A stretch of 63,565 nucleotides of DNA, counting the filler, from Octopus bimaculoides (taxonomy: Eukaryota): NCBI RefSeq assembly GCF_001194135.2. It is 7 parts of 7 records of this genome, joined end to end, with 100 filler letters (N's around TTAATTAATTAA, not from the genome) between each part and the next. Parts side by side here need not be neighbours in the genome. Positions count along the whole stretch, not along the records: positions 1 to 17,742 come from NC_068988.1; positions 17,843 to 27,329 come from NC_068985.1; 5 more parts are not named here. One strand, given 5' to 3'. The notes below the pieces were generated by a model. The model ran no database searches, was not told the DNA's origin, and was given only the letters and a program-made list of their open reading frames with translations. Both the position numbers and the translations under genes were made by a program. Positions 13,622 through 27,061 of this stretch are shown here, piece after piece (positions within the stretch are counted from its first letter, which is position 1; each line of letters starts with the position of its first letter).

Positions 13622-15045
13622 ACGGGGGGGGGGGCTATAATAGCCACCTATATTGTCAAAACCTTGCTTATCTGCAGATAGCTTAGAGAGTCGAATAGAC
13701 GCACGTTAGTATTTGATTTATGATTGATCGAACATGATTGGAATCTGAGTGAAAGTATTGCGAGTTTTCTTTTGGTTTATGAGGAGAGGAGCATAAACGT
13801 GACGAAATGCCTAAATTTGCATCTAAGAAATTGATAATGAAGGTATTATGTTCGAAAGTGAGTGAGAAATTCTAATTAAATAATCTTCGAAAAATGAGTT
13901 CGCGTCTGGTTAATATGCATATATAACCATTACTTGTTATTTTATCTGCCATCGTAATCGTATAAAAAATCCAACATTTGCTACTGTCTGTATAAAAACT
14001 GTGGAATAACTTTATATTATTGTTGCATAAGAATTACGGTGCTATAACCTGCGATACACACACACACACATACCCACAGAAAGACACACACACACACACA
14101 CGTACACATATGTGTGTATGTATGTATGTGTGTGTGTGTAAATAAAACAATGAGATTAAAAATGAGGGTTATATTATTCTATAACTTATTACGACCGTTT
14201 CAAAGACTTGAAATGTTCCTACTCTTTACCGTCGTTTGTATATATCAGTTATTCAGTCAAGGAATTAACGGAAACGTTAGCCCTCAACGATTCTTCTCAG
14301 ACCTTACAATTATCGTGATATTATCGTAAATTTTAAAAGTTTCCAACAAACATACATGTGGAAGTGTAGTAATATGTAACAGGCATCAAATTACCTTCTT
14401 TGATTTATTATATACTTGCCAAATTCACAGTTCGGCGAGGTGAAGTTGTCATTCAATATAAAAGCTTTCTAGTCATTGCAAAACAGAGCAGAGATATTCC
14501 TGCGATATAATTAATGGTTTGTTGAACTAATAAGTGGAAGGTTATTATTTTAAACAACTAGAGAGAGAGGGGAATATTCAACAGGGTGTATAATAAGTGT
14601 ATATCATATTATATAATTCAATTATCCACCTCTATAGTTCATTAAAGGTTTAATACGGTTAAATTGAATTGAATGAATTATGTTTCAAATTTAATGGAAT
14701 TAAAATAGGTGTAATATCTATGGATGAACTTAGGTTTTAGAAATTAATTAGGAAAAAATACTAGGTATATAATATAGGATATATTTTAAGAAGGAGGAGG
14801 AAGAATCCATAAAGAGAGCGTAGGTATTAATCTTCCCCAGGTAAGTTAATTATGCATGATTTTAATACGAATACATTACGAATGTTTTGTTAAATAGCTG
14901 ATAAGTGTGAACAGCGGATTAATAACTAGTTATGCCAATGAATTTGGATTTACAAATGAGAATTTCCATTGCCTCCACTGAACAGAAATTGCGTCACACA
15001 TCTGCTGATCTGTAGCAAGAGAAATATCTATAATAATTTATTTTA

Positions 15046-15430
15046 TGTTGTTGGCACTCCGTCACTTACGACGTCGAGGGTTCCAGTTGATCCGATCAAC
15101 CGAACAGCTTGCTCGTGAAATTACCATGCAAGTGGCTGAGCACTCCACAGACACGTGTACCCTTAACATAGTTCTCGGGGATATTCAGCGTGACACAGTG
15201 TGACAAGGCTGGCCCTTTGAATTACAGTCACAACGGAAACAGGAAGTAAGAGTGAAAGAAATTTGTGGTGAAAGAGTACAGCAGGGTTCGCCACCATCCC
15301 CTGCCGGAGCCTCGTGGAGCTTTAGGTGTTTTCGCTCAATAAACACTGACACCGCCCGGTCTGGGAATCTAAACCATGATCCTATGACCGCGAGTCCGCT
15401 GCCCTGACCACTGGGCCATTGGGCCTGCAC
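15046..15430 (-). mobile_element. tRNA-derived SINE family A, full length
   Basis: Homology to 13229-13621; imperfect TSD TTTATTTTAT (15037-15046) / TTTATTGTAT (15431-15440). Confidence 0.92.
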
Positions 15431-16569
15431 TTTATTGTATAGCATATATAAAATACGCATTGAAAGTATCCTGCATATTCTCTGCCTGTTGTATAGAATG
15501 CATACTGTATTCTATGTTGATACCGGATTATACTATGTGTATACTATATTAGATTTACATATAGTCTACATGTAATATACACTATATACAGGTTAAATGC
15601 AAGTACAGTGTCATAGTTTTCAATAAATTTGAATGCGCATTTATGTAAAAACATTTTGGCAGACATAGAATGTGTACTATTTGTAGTGAAACATAGTGAA
15701 TGTAGGGAAAATTTGCAGAACACTGTATTGTATATTTTAGGCGAATAGTAATGTATAAATTCAGTTCCTTAGTTTAATTTTCTGGGATAATCATATTTAT
15801 CGCTCTTTTTTTCTGTTTAATATTCTCTATCTACAGAAATATTGGCGACATGTAACTATGCACGTTGGAAACAATCTGAAGTTCTTACAAAACAGAAGAC
15901 AATTATGTGTATACATGTCCCCAGTGTTCTGTAAACATATCTAGTTATTTGAATGTCAAATTTGTATGAATGTATGCATATACATACTTATCTATATTTG
16001 TGTATATTTGTATGTGTCTATGCGTATATGTATGTGTGTATTTGTATATGTATATATACATATGTATATGTAAATATAAATATGTGTGTACATATATGTA
16101 TGTGCATATGTATGTGTATGCATGTATATATGTGTGTGTATGCATATGTTTATACTAATATGCATGCACACACACATTCCAAGATCAGTTGCTCTTGCTT
16201 GAAAGATAAAAACTATTTATTGTACGAATCATATGCAAGCTATAAGACTGAAGCTTTATCACATTAATATATGGTTAGAATGATATGGAAATTGTCCAAA
16301 AGAAATCCAGGAATTTGTGAATATTATTTCCTATCTGAAAGAAATAAATCACTCATTGATGTATATAAAATATAGACGTATATTATACAACTACGTTTAC
16401 TGGTAGCTTCTTACACATATCCGTAAGAGGCAGATGTTTTTGATGTTTTTATTGCCATGGTTGTATTTATTTAGACGATGCTCAATCTCGATCCAACAGC
16501 AAAAGGCTTATCGAGATGGGCTGTCACAAACATTTTATTTTCAGTTCTACTGTATCATCGGTACTGGCA

Positions 16570-16712
16570 CGGTTGTGTGTTAAGAAGTTTGCTTCTCTAG
16601 CACACGGTTTCCAGTCATTTTCTCTGAGTGTCACCTTTGGAATTCGATCTTCGCAGAACGTCCAAATGGTTGTAAGTAGATTTGGTACAAAGAACCTGAA
16701 AGAAGACCGTCG
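16570..16712 (+). mobile_element. SINE family D, degenerate, ending CTGAAAGAAGACCGTCG(TA)n
   Basis: Same 3' end as 60217-60385. Confidence 0.6.
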
Positions 16713-17711
16713 TATATATATAATAAAGGTGGCCTGTTAGCAATTTTTCAACCCAAAGGCAAAATTATGTACGTCACTAAAGCAATTGAGGGTGTCATTC
16801 AGTACCAGTATTGCCAGAAATAAGTGTCAAAAAAAAGAGTGTGTCTATAAGAGTTAATAAAATAGTGCTTATTGTTGCTATGAACTGTTTTATGTGTGTG
16901 CGTGCTAACGTATGTTGGTGTATGTGTCTGTCGCTGTGTGTTTGTGTGTGGATATTCGTCTTTGAGTGTATCCTTGACCACATTTATCAGCAGTGCTGTT
17001 TTGTTTACGTCCTTCTAACTTGACGGTTCGGCAATGCAGACCACTAGAATAAATATGAAATTCAAAAGCAAAAAAACAAACAAACAAAAAAGACAGAACA
17101 CAAATGAGGGTCGTTTCATTCAACTAAAACCCTTCAAGGCTGTTATGTCTTAAGCTACTGCTATCTAGCCCCTTCGGATGATCTCTACACGACTGCTAAC
17201 CGACTGCTACTCAACGGTCACTCAACTCTTTACCACGGCTAGACTACCTATATTTATATGTATTGGGCGATCCTACTTTTTCACTTGGGGGCGTCGACAC
17301 AACAAAGGCTTTGCCCCAGCACGGCTGTAGGTCAATGATTGATTCAAGTGAAGAGTAAAAGAGGAAATATAAAAACGCGATAAACTCCTCATTATATTCA
17401 ACTTTCCGTTTTAGGTCGATCAAGTGTCACAGAAATTAAATGCAGCTGTTGCGTCTAGTATTTAGCATTTCAAATTACCACAAAAAAATAGTCTTTGTTC
17501 TTTGCTGTATTGTTAGACTCACAACAGTAGTTAATTAAATATATCTTTGTGCAAGTACTATAGAATTTACGTAACGTGATTAAAACTTAGTTTTTAACAG
17601 TAATAATTGATGAATTTTCTTAAGTCACTAATCGTTTATGTCGTTAACCTGATAATCTAGAATCGTTAAAAACCACAAGTATTCCACCCAAAATTCAATA
17701 AAGCTATATAT

Positions 17712-17742
<31 letters not shown>

Positions 17743-17842
17743 NNNNNNNNNNNNNNNNNNNNNNNNNNNNNNNNNNNNNNNNNNNNTTAATTAATTAANN
17801 NNNNNNNNNNNNNNNNNNNNNNNNNNNNNNNNNNNNNNNNNN

Positions 17843-17903
<61 letters not shown>

Positions 17904-19393
17904 AAACACACACACAAACACAAGTACACACGTACACACACACACGCGCGCGCGCACAAACACATATATACATATATACAACAGGTATCTGTACGGCTTC
18001 TGGGAACCAAGTTCCATTCACGAGACATTGGTCAGCTCGAAGCTACGGTAGAAAGCCTTCAGCTAAAGATGTACGCAGTAGGCTGGAACTCGTAATTCCT
18101 GTGTTGCGAATTTCACACCCAAGCCAATTAACCACTGTATTAATTACGCCAATTTGTTATGAATATGGAATGTGACAGAAATACCCCCAAAATAAAGCGG
18201 TTGTATTTTTTTTTTGTTAATCAACTTCAATTTTAAAGTAGACTAAAAAATGAATGAATCAGTCATTACTTACACATGTCTCATATTTTGTTTTTTGTTT
18301 AAGAAAAATCGTTATCCTATCGGACCATGTTTTCATTGTCAATAAAACACAACCTACATTATCGTCTGTGCACAGCTGTCATCTGTTAGTGTAGTATTGC
18401 ACAATGCAGGAAGGTAAGTAAATGTGTATAAGCTTTCCTAATAAAGGCATATATATATATATANNNNNNNNNNNNNNNNNNNNNNNNNNNNNNNNNNNNN
18501 NNNNNNNNNNNNNNNNNNNNNNNNNNNNNNNNNNNNNNNNNNNNNNNNNNNNNNNNNNNNNNNNNNNNNNNNNNNNNNNNNNNNNNNNNNNNNNNNNNNN
18601 NNNNNNNNNNNNNNNNNNNNNNNNNNNNNNNNNNNNNNNNNNNNNNNNNNNNNNNNNNNNNNNNNNNNNNNNNNNNNNNNNNNNNNNNNNNNNNNNNNNN
18701 NNNNNNNNNNNNNNNNNNNNNNNNNNNNNNNNNNNNNNNNNNNNNNNNNNNNNNNNNNNNNNNNNNNNNNNNNNNNNNNNNNNNNNNNNNNNNNNNNNNN
18801 NNNNNNNNNNNNNNNNNNNNNNNNNNNNNNNNNNNNNNNNNNNNNNNNNNNNNNNNNNNNNNNNNNNNNNNNNNNNNNNNNNNNNNNNNNNNNNNNNNNN
18901 NNNNNNNNNNNNNNNNNNNNNNNNNNNNNNNNNNNNNNNNNNNNNNNNNNNNNNNNNNNNNNNNNNNNNNNNNNNNNNNNNNNNNNNNNNNNNNNNNNNN
19001 NNNNNNNNNNNNNNNNNNNNNNNNNNNNNNNNNNNNNNNNNNNNNNNNNNNNNNNNNNNNNNNNNNNNNNNNNNNNNNNNNNNNNNNNNNNNNNNNNNNN
19101 NNNNNNNNNNNNNNNNNNNNNNNNNNNNNNNNNNNNNNNNNNNNNNNNNNNNNNNNNNNNNNNNNNNNNNNNNNNNNNNNNNNNNNNNNNNNNNNNNNNN
19201 NNNNNNNNNNNNNNNNNNNNNNNNNNNNNNNNNNNNNNNNNNNNNNNNNNNNNNNNNNNNNNNNNNNNNNNNNNNNNNNNNNNNNNNNNNNNNNNNNNNN
19301 NNNNNNNNNNNNNNNNNNNNNNNNNNNNNNNNNNNNNNNNNNNNNNNNNNNNNNNNNNNNNNNNNNNNNNNNNNNNNNNNNNNNNNNNNNNNN

Positions 19394-20432
19394 TGCCCCG
19401 ATTTGTGATTAAACAAGTTGGAAGGCATGCTTTTTCACTTGTTGTGGGAGGGTAAGCGGCCTCTTATAGGGCGCTCTATCTGCTGCCAACAGCCGCTAAA
19501 GGGTGGATTAGGGATGCCGTAGCTAAAGATGCGCAGGCATGCGCTAAGTTTGCGGCATCTCTGGCTCTATCTGGATGGTGAGTGGGTGTGGTCTCCGTTT
19601 GTTGATGAAATTTTTCCCAGGTTTACCTCTTTTGGTGGACTACAATGCTGAATCACGCGTAGACCAAGGCTGGGAGCTTGGGAAGCAGAGTGTCGACAGG
19701 CACTTGTGCTTCTGTCCTGAAAGAGCAATGCCGGTGGAGCGGGTACCACCTCGGCTTACTATAGAGGGCTGGTAGAGGGTAAGTGCGATGATGTCCTGGG
19801 GGAGACTCTGGGTTTCGATGAAAGTCATCTTGCCAACCTGCATCGAAGGACTTTCAGTCCGGAACCTATGGACAACTTCCAGAATCTCTCGGACCAGCAG
19901 GTTTCTACTGAACGGGTATTATCACAGCTGGGGAGAGTACAGCCGTCAGCCGAGTCGATTATTAAGATCGTTCCGCTGTCTTCTCTAAAAGGAGAAGAGA
20001 AATTCTGCTTTCTAGCCGTAATAGCTATAGCGAAAGAGATGATAGGGAAGACGCGTGGAAGAGGTATCGCATCAGCACTTTCATCTCTGGGCATACTTTG
20101 GTTAACCTCTTTTTATATCACCTTAGAGAGAAAGCACATCTGGAGAAGAAAAGCCTGACGTCAAAAAGGTATGGAAAAAGATGGAAGAAAGTAGTCCGAA
20201 TGTTAGGTATGTAAATGCCTTATGAAGCGGGGTGGGGAGGACGAAGTAAACGGTTCAACACAGGAATGTGGTTGGTGGGGTCAAATCCATTCCACGTCCA
20301 TTAATTCTTTTATGTTCATCCGAAATTATAATGTATTTATTCACTATATGTAATCTCATCCGACAAGTCCCCGACCCCTATTTGTCTTGTGTATTGTTCC
20401 CTCTTTGTCTAACCCTTGTGGTTTGAATAAAA
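19394..20432 (+). mobile_element. L1/Tx1-clade LINE, ORF2 C-terminal fragment plus 3' UTR
   Basis: Plus-strand translation KLEGMLFHLLWEGKRPLIGRSICCQQPLKGGLGMP is typical of the post-RT region of L1/Tx1 ORF2. AATAAA near 20427. The 5' side is lost in the N gap. Confidence 0.75.
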
Positions 20433-20601
20433 TCATCGTGCTTGTTCCACAGTTCGTGTGTCGATAGTTTAAAGTTGATAGTTTAAAGTTGACAGTTCGA
20501 GTTAGCGTGTTGGATTGTTGGTTCTTAAAAAATTGTTGTTACGTTCCGTGTGGTTACTGCCATTTATTCAATTATATTGTTATAACACTGTTGCAGTGTA
20601 T

Positions 20602-23095
20602 TCATTTATCCATAAGGATATAACAGTTACCATCTGACAGGGTGGCTCTCTTGGCCCTCAAAATATCTTCGCCTATAGAGAATAGGCACTCAGCTGCAGC
20701 ACTGGATGGGATGGCGGTGTTATACTTGGTGAACAAGTCGATCAAGACCTGTTCACCCAAAAAAGGCGACTTCAGTTAGGACTTCCTTCGAGACGGCTTC
20801 CAGCCAGGTTTTTACCAAGTTCTGCGCCTTGGACTTCAGTGACCTGTGGCTCCTGCTCTCCCAGAACCGAGCGATGTTACTGAAGAAATCATCTTCCTCA
20901 TCCTCATTGTTGGTGGTGCTGCTGCCCTCATTGGTCTCCATTAGGGTATCTATGGCGTTCGTTACTCTGCTAACCTGCTTGTTATACTGCTCCAGCCAGA
21001 AAAGGCGAAACTTGGGGTGAAAGGCAGTGGCCAGTTGGCATTCCAAATCTTCTAGGAGGAGCCCAAACCGTTTCGTGAGATGCCTGCCGGTATCACGTCT
21101 ACCAGAGGACTGCAGTACAGGAGATGTTTGAACTTGACCTCCTTCAACTTCATGATGGTAGCTGCTACAGTTCGCAGAAGGCTCCCGAGATAGGACTGGT
21201 CCTCCCGCTGGATTTTATCCAAAGCCTTAGCAACATTAGACGTCACCTGGGCGTACTCTGTCAGGAAGCCGACATCAAAATCAGCGAAGGTCTGCAGATT
21301 CAGCTGTGTCATCACCCTGTGGACAGCTCCCCTATTCTTCTCCCGCAGGCTGTTGAGGACAACAGAGTCATAAGTAGAGTTCCATCTGGTACCGTTGGGG
21401 ACCACCAGTCTCCTCTTCAACGCGTCCAGAATGCTGTCTGCCGCCACTGAGTTGTGGCTCTGCAGATTCCACAGCCGCTGTGCCTTGGACATGGCCTTCC
21501 TGTCGGCCGATTTGAATGAAGAGCTGTCAAGAGCCTTGTCGGCATCTATGCTGGCTACTTAGTTGAAGGTATGGACTGCGCATTTCATGTCAGGCCTCTG
21601 GACTCGTCAAGGACGGTATCAACAGAGATGTACTCGACTTCATTCACATCCCCAGCCTTGGGATCCACGTCCAGGTCCATATCCTCGACGCTCTCCACGT
21701 CCGGATAGGCAGTAATCTCAGGATTGTCTGGCAAGAATTCAACTTTTGTACCAAACTGCATAAATGCCTTGACAAAATTTTTGCCATTGTCCGTTGTGGT
21801 CCTGGTCACCTTGTCTTGCAAATGGAACTTGTAATGAGTGACCACCATGGCCTGGACAAGAACATTAAAGATGTGGTGTCCTTTGAACCGCGAGTAGGCC
21901 AGGTCTTGGGTTCCAACAAGTATGCCGTCATCTCCAGGTAGGACCTGCTGTAGGCCGACCAGCAGTCCACGGTGGTCGCCATCCAGGGGACATCCTTGAG
22001 CAATCTGTAATTAAAAAAATGTGAAATTGTAAGGAGACATAAGTTGTAAAATTAAAAACTTATGTCTCTTTACATATATATATAAACTGACGAAGAGTAT
22101 GATCAAGGCATACTAAAAAAGAAATCCCGAAAACTAGCCTCTCATCTGCACATCTATGCAAGCTGCAATAGTTTTTATGAGCAGGTGGTTTGTACAATTT
22201 TTCGCGGGTAGGAAGGAAGCACTACCTTGATAGGTGACGCGTCGGAAGGAGGATGAATAACCGAGATGAGAGAATGAACGATGGTCGGAAATTCAGAATT
22301 TAAGGTTCATTTATTCGTTATTTCATTAAAGATTGCTGTTCTGGCTGTGCAGACTTGATCATGGGTGGAATATATATATATATATATATACCATATATTA
22401 TATATTATGACATTTATTTCAATTAGCTATTATACATTTTATTATATTAATTAAGAAAATAATTATATAATAAATAATTAAATAATTAAATATGAAGTAT
22501 GCCATAATAATAATTTAATAAACTTGTATAATTTTAATTTATAAATACCTTGTAAATTACTCCTCCCGCTGTTTATGGCTGGCCAAGATCATCCTGCCCA
22601 AGGTGCAGCGGGACATCGGCGTCTTACTAGGTTCAGCGTCTTGATCATGCCGATAAAGGTAGGGGACTCTATTACATGCAGCGGTAGCATGTTGTCGACA
22701 AACAGGTCTACAATCCTTCTCTCCACCATAGACTGACGGAAGCCAGTGCCAGCAGTTTGGGCAAACGCCTCGCCAATGTTGAGCTGGCGTGCTTTCTTTG
22801 GACATGGCTGCAACGACTGGTTACTGGTACTGCTACCAGAAGAGTCAGCCACGATCCTCTCCTCAAACTGGATGGCATGCGCTGAGTGTTTCCTCTTGAC
22901 ATGCGACTTCGAGTTGTAGAGGCTTTCCGCTTGCCTCTTGACGGTAGTCTCCTTCGAATGGCACATGACGCACCGGACGTACAGGATTTTGACGTTCCTC
23001 TTATCCCATGAGGTAAGGACAAAGTAGTCCTCTAGGTGGGGCCATGGGTTCTGAGACTCCTGGCTCTCAACCTGAGCAACCTCTGTCTCACCCAC
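20602..23095 (-). pseudogene. hAT transposase, two exons (23095-22549; 22004-20602), disrupted
   Basis: BED finger (WPHLEDYF...RCVMC...SHVKRKH), ATTVDCWS (first catalytic D), TTTDNGKNF, VPNGTRWNSTY, LATAFHPKF, and dimerisation motif PSSAAAECLFS. Several stops and frameshifts. Confidence 0.9.
22005..22548 (-). other. Spliceosomal intron in the hAT transposase (GT-AG, phase 2)
   Basis: Donor AG|GTATTT and acceptor TTTTTTAATTACAG|A. Joining restores the frame ...FT-R-LLKDVPWMATT. The intron is AT-rich relative to the exons. Confidence 0.8.
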
Positions 23096-24673
23096 AGTCG
23101 TTGCAGACTCCTCAACAGGCCGAACAAAAACGTCCTCACCTCAGGCCGAACAAAAGTTCTTCACTTTCTATAACGATAAGCGATAACTTGATAAGCCGAT
23201 AACGTATACTGCTGCCGATGACGCTGTAAGACTGTCTGTAATGTGACAACGTCGTAAGTGAACACAACTTAAAATTGCAGAATTACACAATGCTATTCAG
23301 CAAGCTGCTGCTGCGTCGACCAATCACATCCTGTCACGTGTACGCGCAATCAGCCAATAACGTGGCTGACGGTCTCTTCGAGACACGTTCACAACAGACA
23401 GGGAGAAACGTATGAATTTTGTCAGCGGACTTAATTTAGCAGTCTAAATGTAGCGGAATTTCATTGGTCCGCTAATGATTTCCAAAGTTAGCAAAACGCT
23501 AATCCGCTAAAGGAAAAGTTAGCTTCGCTAATTAGCTGTTAGCAGATTGGCGGAACCGTGCCCACCACTACATATATTTACATACACACCCATACACACA
23601 CACACCGACGCATGCGCGGGAAGCAAGCTTCTTACCACACAGCCATGCATATATGAGTTTTTATATAACAGATCGAATTTTGAAGTCACTTCTCAGTAAT
23701 TGCAAAGTTACAATAGCTAAAAATCGAGGAAATATATGCTGTCTATCACATGTTAAAGTAACCTCTATTACGCATTAGAGTAACGACTATTACGTGTTAT
23801 AGAGTAACACAAACTATAGAGGGTGTCCCAGAATTAATTATCTATGAATTGACTATATATAGATAGTTATTTCTGATGTACCCTGTAAAACAGTTACTTT
23901 CCTCCATCGGTGGTTTGTACAAAAGGAAGAACGATATCTTCAATACTGGGGTTTTCGCCAAGTCATTTTTTTTAGCATTTATACTTGAACTGTCCAGTCT
24001 GTTATCCGCCATGGAATATCTCATCAATAAAATCTTGGAAAACTGTATCCATAATCTGTACAGCATTTTAAATTAATTTGAACAGTTGAAAGGAGAGATC
24101 CTTGTAGGGGTGGAACAACCTCGTGTAACAGTTTAAAATGCATATCTTTCGCCTTGATGAAATGTTTTGCGCAATGGCATTGTCTTCACGTTGTCAAAGT
24201 TCAGCTGACACGAAATTCAGGCTATCAATGTTGAGAAACTGGTCTTTTTAAGAGAAATAAGGGAAACAGTCATTATCGTATAATTTTCTGCCAATAAATG
24301 GCGTCGGGGATTTGAATAAATCCGATTCAAATTAGGGACCAACGCGTCATGACATACAACTGTAGAAATTAATAATTTGAAATAAAGATACAAGTAAATA
24401 AAATATGGCGGAAAGAAAGACTGAAATAAATTAGAAAGATGTAAGAAAGAACAAGAAAGGAAGAAAAAAAAAAAAAAAACGTGCTTGTGCGTGTGAATTT
24501 ATTTTCAAAAACACAATACAAAAAAATAACAAAAAAAAAGGAAAATATATATAAAGAAACACCCAAAGCAGAAGGTCCAGATGTTTTTTTATTTTGTTTT
24601 GTTATTGATTAAGCAATCAAGAAAGACCGTGTTCTCTTACAATTCCGGTCTGCCACACGCGCACGCACATACA

Positions 24674-24735
<62 letters not shown>

Positions 24736-24738
24736 ACT

Positions 24739-24770
<32 letters not shown>

Positions 24771-24827
24771 GAGAGAAGGAGAGAGAAAACAGAGACAGAG
24801 AGATTTATATAAATATATATGTATATA

Positions 24828-24874
24828 TGGTGCTCCAGCATGGCTGCAGTCAAATGACTGAAACAAGTAAAAGA

Positions 24875-24875
<1 letters not shown>
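24828..24875 (+). mobile_element. SINE family C, 3' fragment
   Basis: GGTGCTCCAGCATGGCTGCAGTCAAATGACTGAAACAAGTAAAAGA, shared with 37395-37440 and 35780-35830. Confidence 0.75.
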
Positions 24876-24922
<47 letters not shown>

Positions 24923-25487
24923 ACACACAGACACACAATATTATTATGCACACTCATACACAAACATGCTCACATACCGTCATAGAAACACATTTAAGTA
25001 TTTATAGATATGGATTAGACTTATTCCATGATTTCCAGAATATGAGTAGGTACTTGTGACAACATTCAACATAATTGGTTTTTGGATCTCAAAACACCAC
25101 CAATCGATCCATCCATGCACATATTTAGGACATGCATACACATAGAAGTATATGCGCGCACTTACGCGCGCACACACACACACACACATACATACTCTCC
25201 CCCCTCTCTCTGTTTGTCACTATCTCACTCCCTTTATCTTTCATCTTTGTATATCTCACTCACTCACTCACGTTTCTTCTTTCTCTTTCACAAATGAAAG
25301 TAAATTGATACAATAAAAAACTACAGCGATGCATGCACAGTGACTGCTTCAATCAGGGAGGAAGTACCGAGACTTGAGTACCAGAGAGTACAAAAGAGAA
25401 CCAGTGCAGAGGATTTGTTTTCTAATATACAGGATTTTTTTTTACCAGTAAAGGTTTTACGTGGATGCGTTTTTTATATGTGCTACA

Positions 25488-25553
25488 ATGCCGTGCGACG
25501 AAGCTTTCAATGAAAGCGGTAAACAGCCGGGATTGGAGATCTGGAGAATAGAA
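25488..25553 (+). CDS. First coding exon of a gelsolin/villin-family actin-binding protein (villin/advillin-like)
   Basis: Encodes MPCDEAFNESGKQPGLEIWRIE, matching the family N-terminal motif (AF..AGK.PGL[EQ]IWR[IV]E), and ends exactly at a consensus donor GTAAGT (phase 0). ATG context CTACAATG. Confidence 0.88.
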
Positions 25554-25559
25554 GTAAGT
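25554..25559 (+). other. 5' splice donor GTAAGT
   Basis: Perfect consensus immediately after codon GAA. Confidence 0.88.
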
Positions 25560-25591
25560 TTTTGTAGTTCCCCTTTGTTTTATCTGTTTTG

Positions 25592-25677
<86 letters not shown>

Positions 25678-26562
25678 CCTCTCTCTCTCTCACACACACC
25701 TTCTCTATGTGGTTGCTGCTGTAACTCTTGCTGCTGCCGTTGCTTTTGTTGTTATTGTTTAACACACGGTTTGACACCAAGCAGAACCAGTTGTAATCAT
25801 CACGTTTTTGAGGGGTGCATATCTAGAACTATATATTCAAGCGTGTATTTGATTTATTTACGAATGGGAGATTTAGCTGCTATTTCTAGCAAGTACATAG
25901 GCCATGTAGAACAGTTGTTTTCAACCATATTTTCTTATGGACCCCTTTGATTCCCATTTTACCAAGAGAGGTGGGACTCTCATAGCCATTCGACGTCTAA
26001 AAACTCCTGCTATATTTTCATGATTAAATATAATTAAGGAATTGTATAAAAATGGTTAAAGTATTCTGTGTATTGTAGAAATATAAGCAGTGTCTTGCAC
26101 AATTTTAACAACAAAATCTTAAATGGACCCCCAAAGTCCATATAAGATTGAGAATCATTGATATAGAGAATCATTCGTTAGCTCGCCTGATGTTGTTTAA
26201 CTCTAAGCCAGCTTTGATTCAGCGTTACCCATAATCAAAGCCATTCCAGTTGTGGTCATCTTATCTTGTTATTATAGGTGTACTGTACCTTGGACTACAT
26301 TATCCATTGTGTCTTTCTATTTTCTATCAAGAGACGGTCGACCGTCATTTGAGGGACGTTAGGTTGTTGTTTTTAGCTGACCGAGCGAACATGCAGGGTC
26401 TCCTTTGTTAGGTACCTGCTCGTCGTTGTTACTGTAGGTGAAGTTACTGTTGTTCTTGGGCATTCTTTCATCTCTCGACTTTCCTTATTCTTCTTAATCA
26501 TGTTATGTATGTATATTTCTAATTGACCCCTTGTTATATATGTATAACAGAATAATTTATAT

Positions 26563-26633
<71 letters not shown>

Positions 26634-27061
26634 TGTATCACAAAACAGTTGAATGCTGAGAACATATCCACACTGCAGCGCTGCAAAACAATTAATCAGC
26701 CACAGTAAATCTGATTATGCAGTATTGGATTCCCAATTAGACAGGGGTATGGCATATTCAAAGACTTCGGTCTCCGGATTTAGACCGTGTCTCTTCGGCC
26801 TTCCATCTACCTATACAGCAGTCATTTGCACAATCAGAGCTGACCTGGGGCTATATGTAGGCTCATGCGTGAGGGGGAAACAGCTGGGCCACGGAAAGTA
26901 ATTTTTTAAGGAGTGAGGTAAATATCACCGTTAATTTTTATACAAATCGTTCAATTTCTTTTATTGTATTTTACTACTTATAACTTATCGTGTAAGCTAC
27001 ATTTAGATAATTACGCCCGTATTCCGTACATAAAATTGGTTTAGGACTGATTATTAAAACA

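Larger units (their letters stand above)
20440..23570 (-). mobile_element. hAT (Ac/Tol2-like) DNA transposon, near full length, 3' TIR not visible
   Basis: 5' terminus TAGTGGTGGGCACGG at 23570 with clustered GCTAA subterminal motifs (23430-23550). Internal transposase pseudogene. Confidence 0.9.

Noticed and set aside
14400-14860. Strand-skewed AT-rich segment resembling a NUMT
   Set aside because: I could not obtain a consistent match to any mitochondrial protein in any frame. A BLASTN against cephalopod mtDNA would settle it.
17787-17798. TTAATTAATTAA palindrome centred in N runs (also 27374, 37025, 42981, 50531, 61147)
   Set aside because: An identical 12-mer always isolated in the middle of about 100-bp gaps is a scaffolding/linker placeholder, not genomic sequence.
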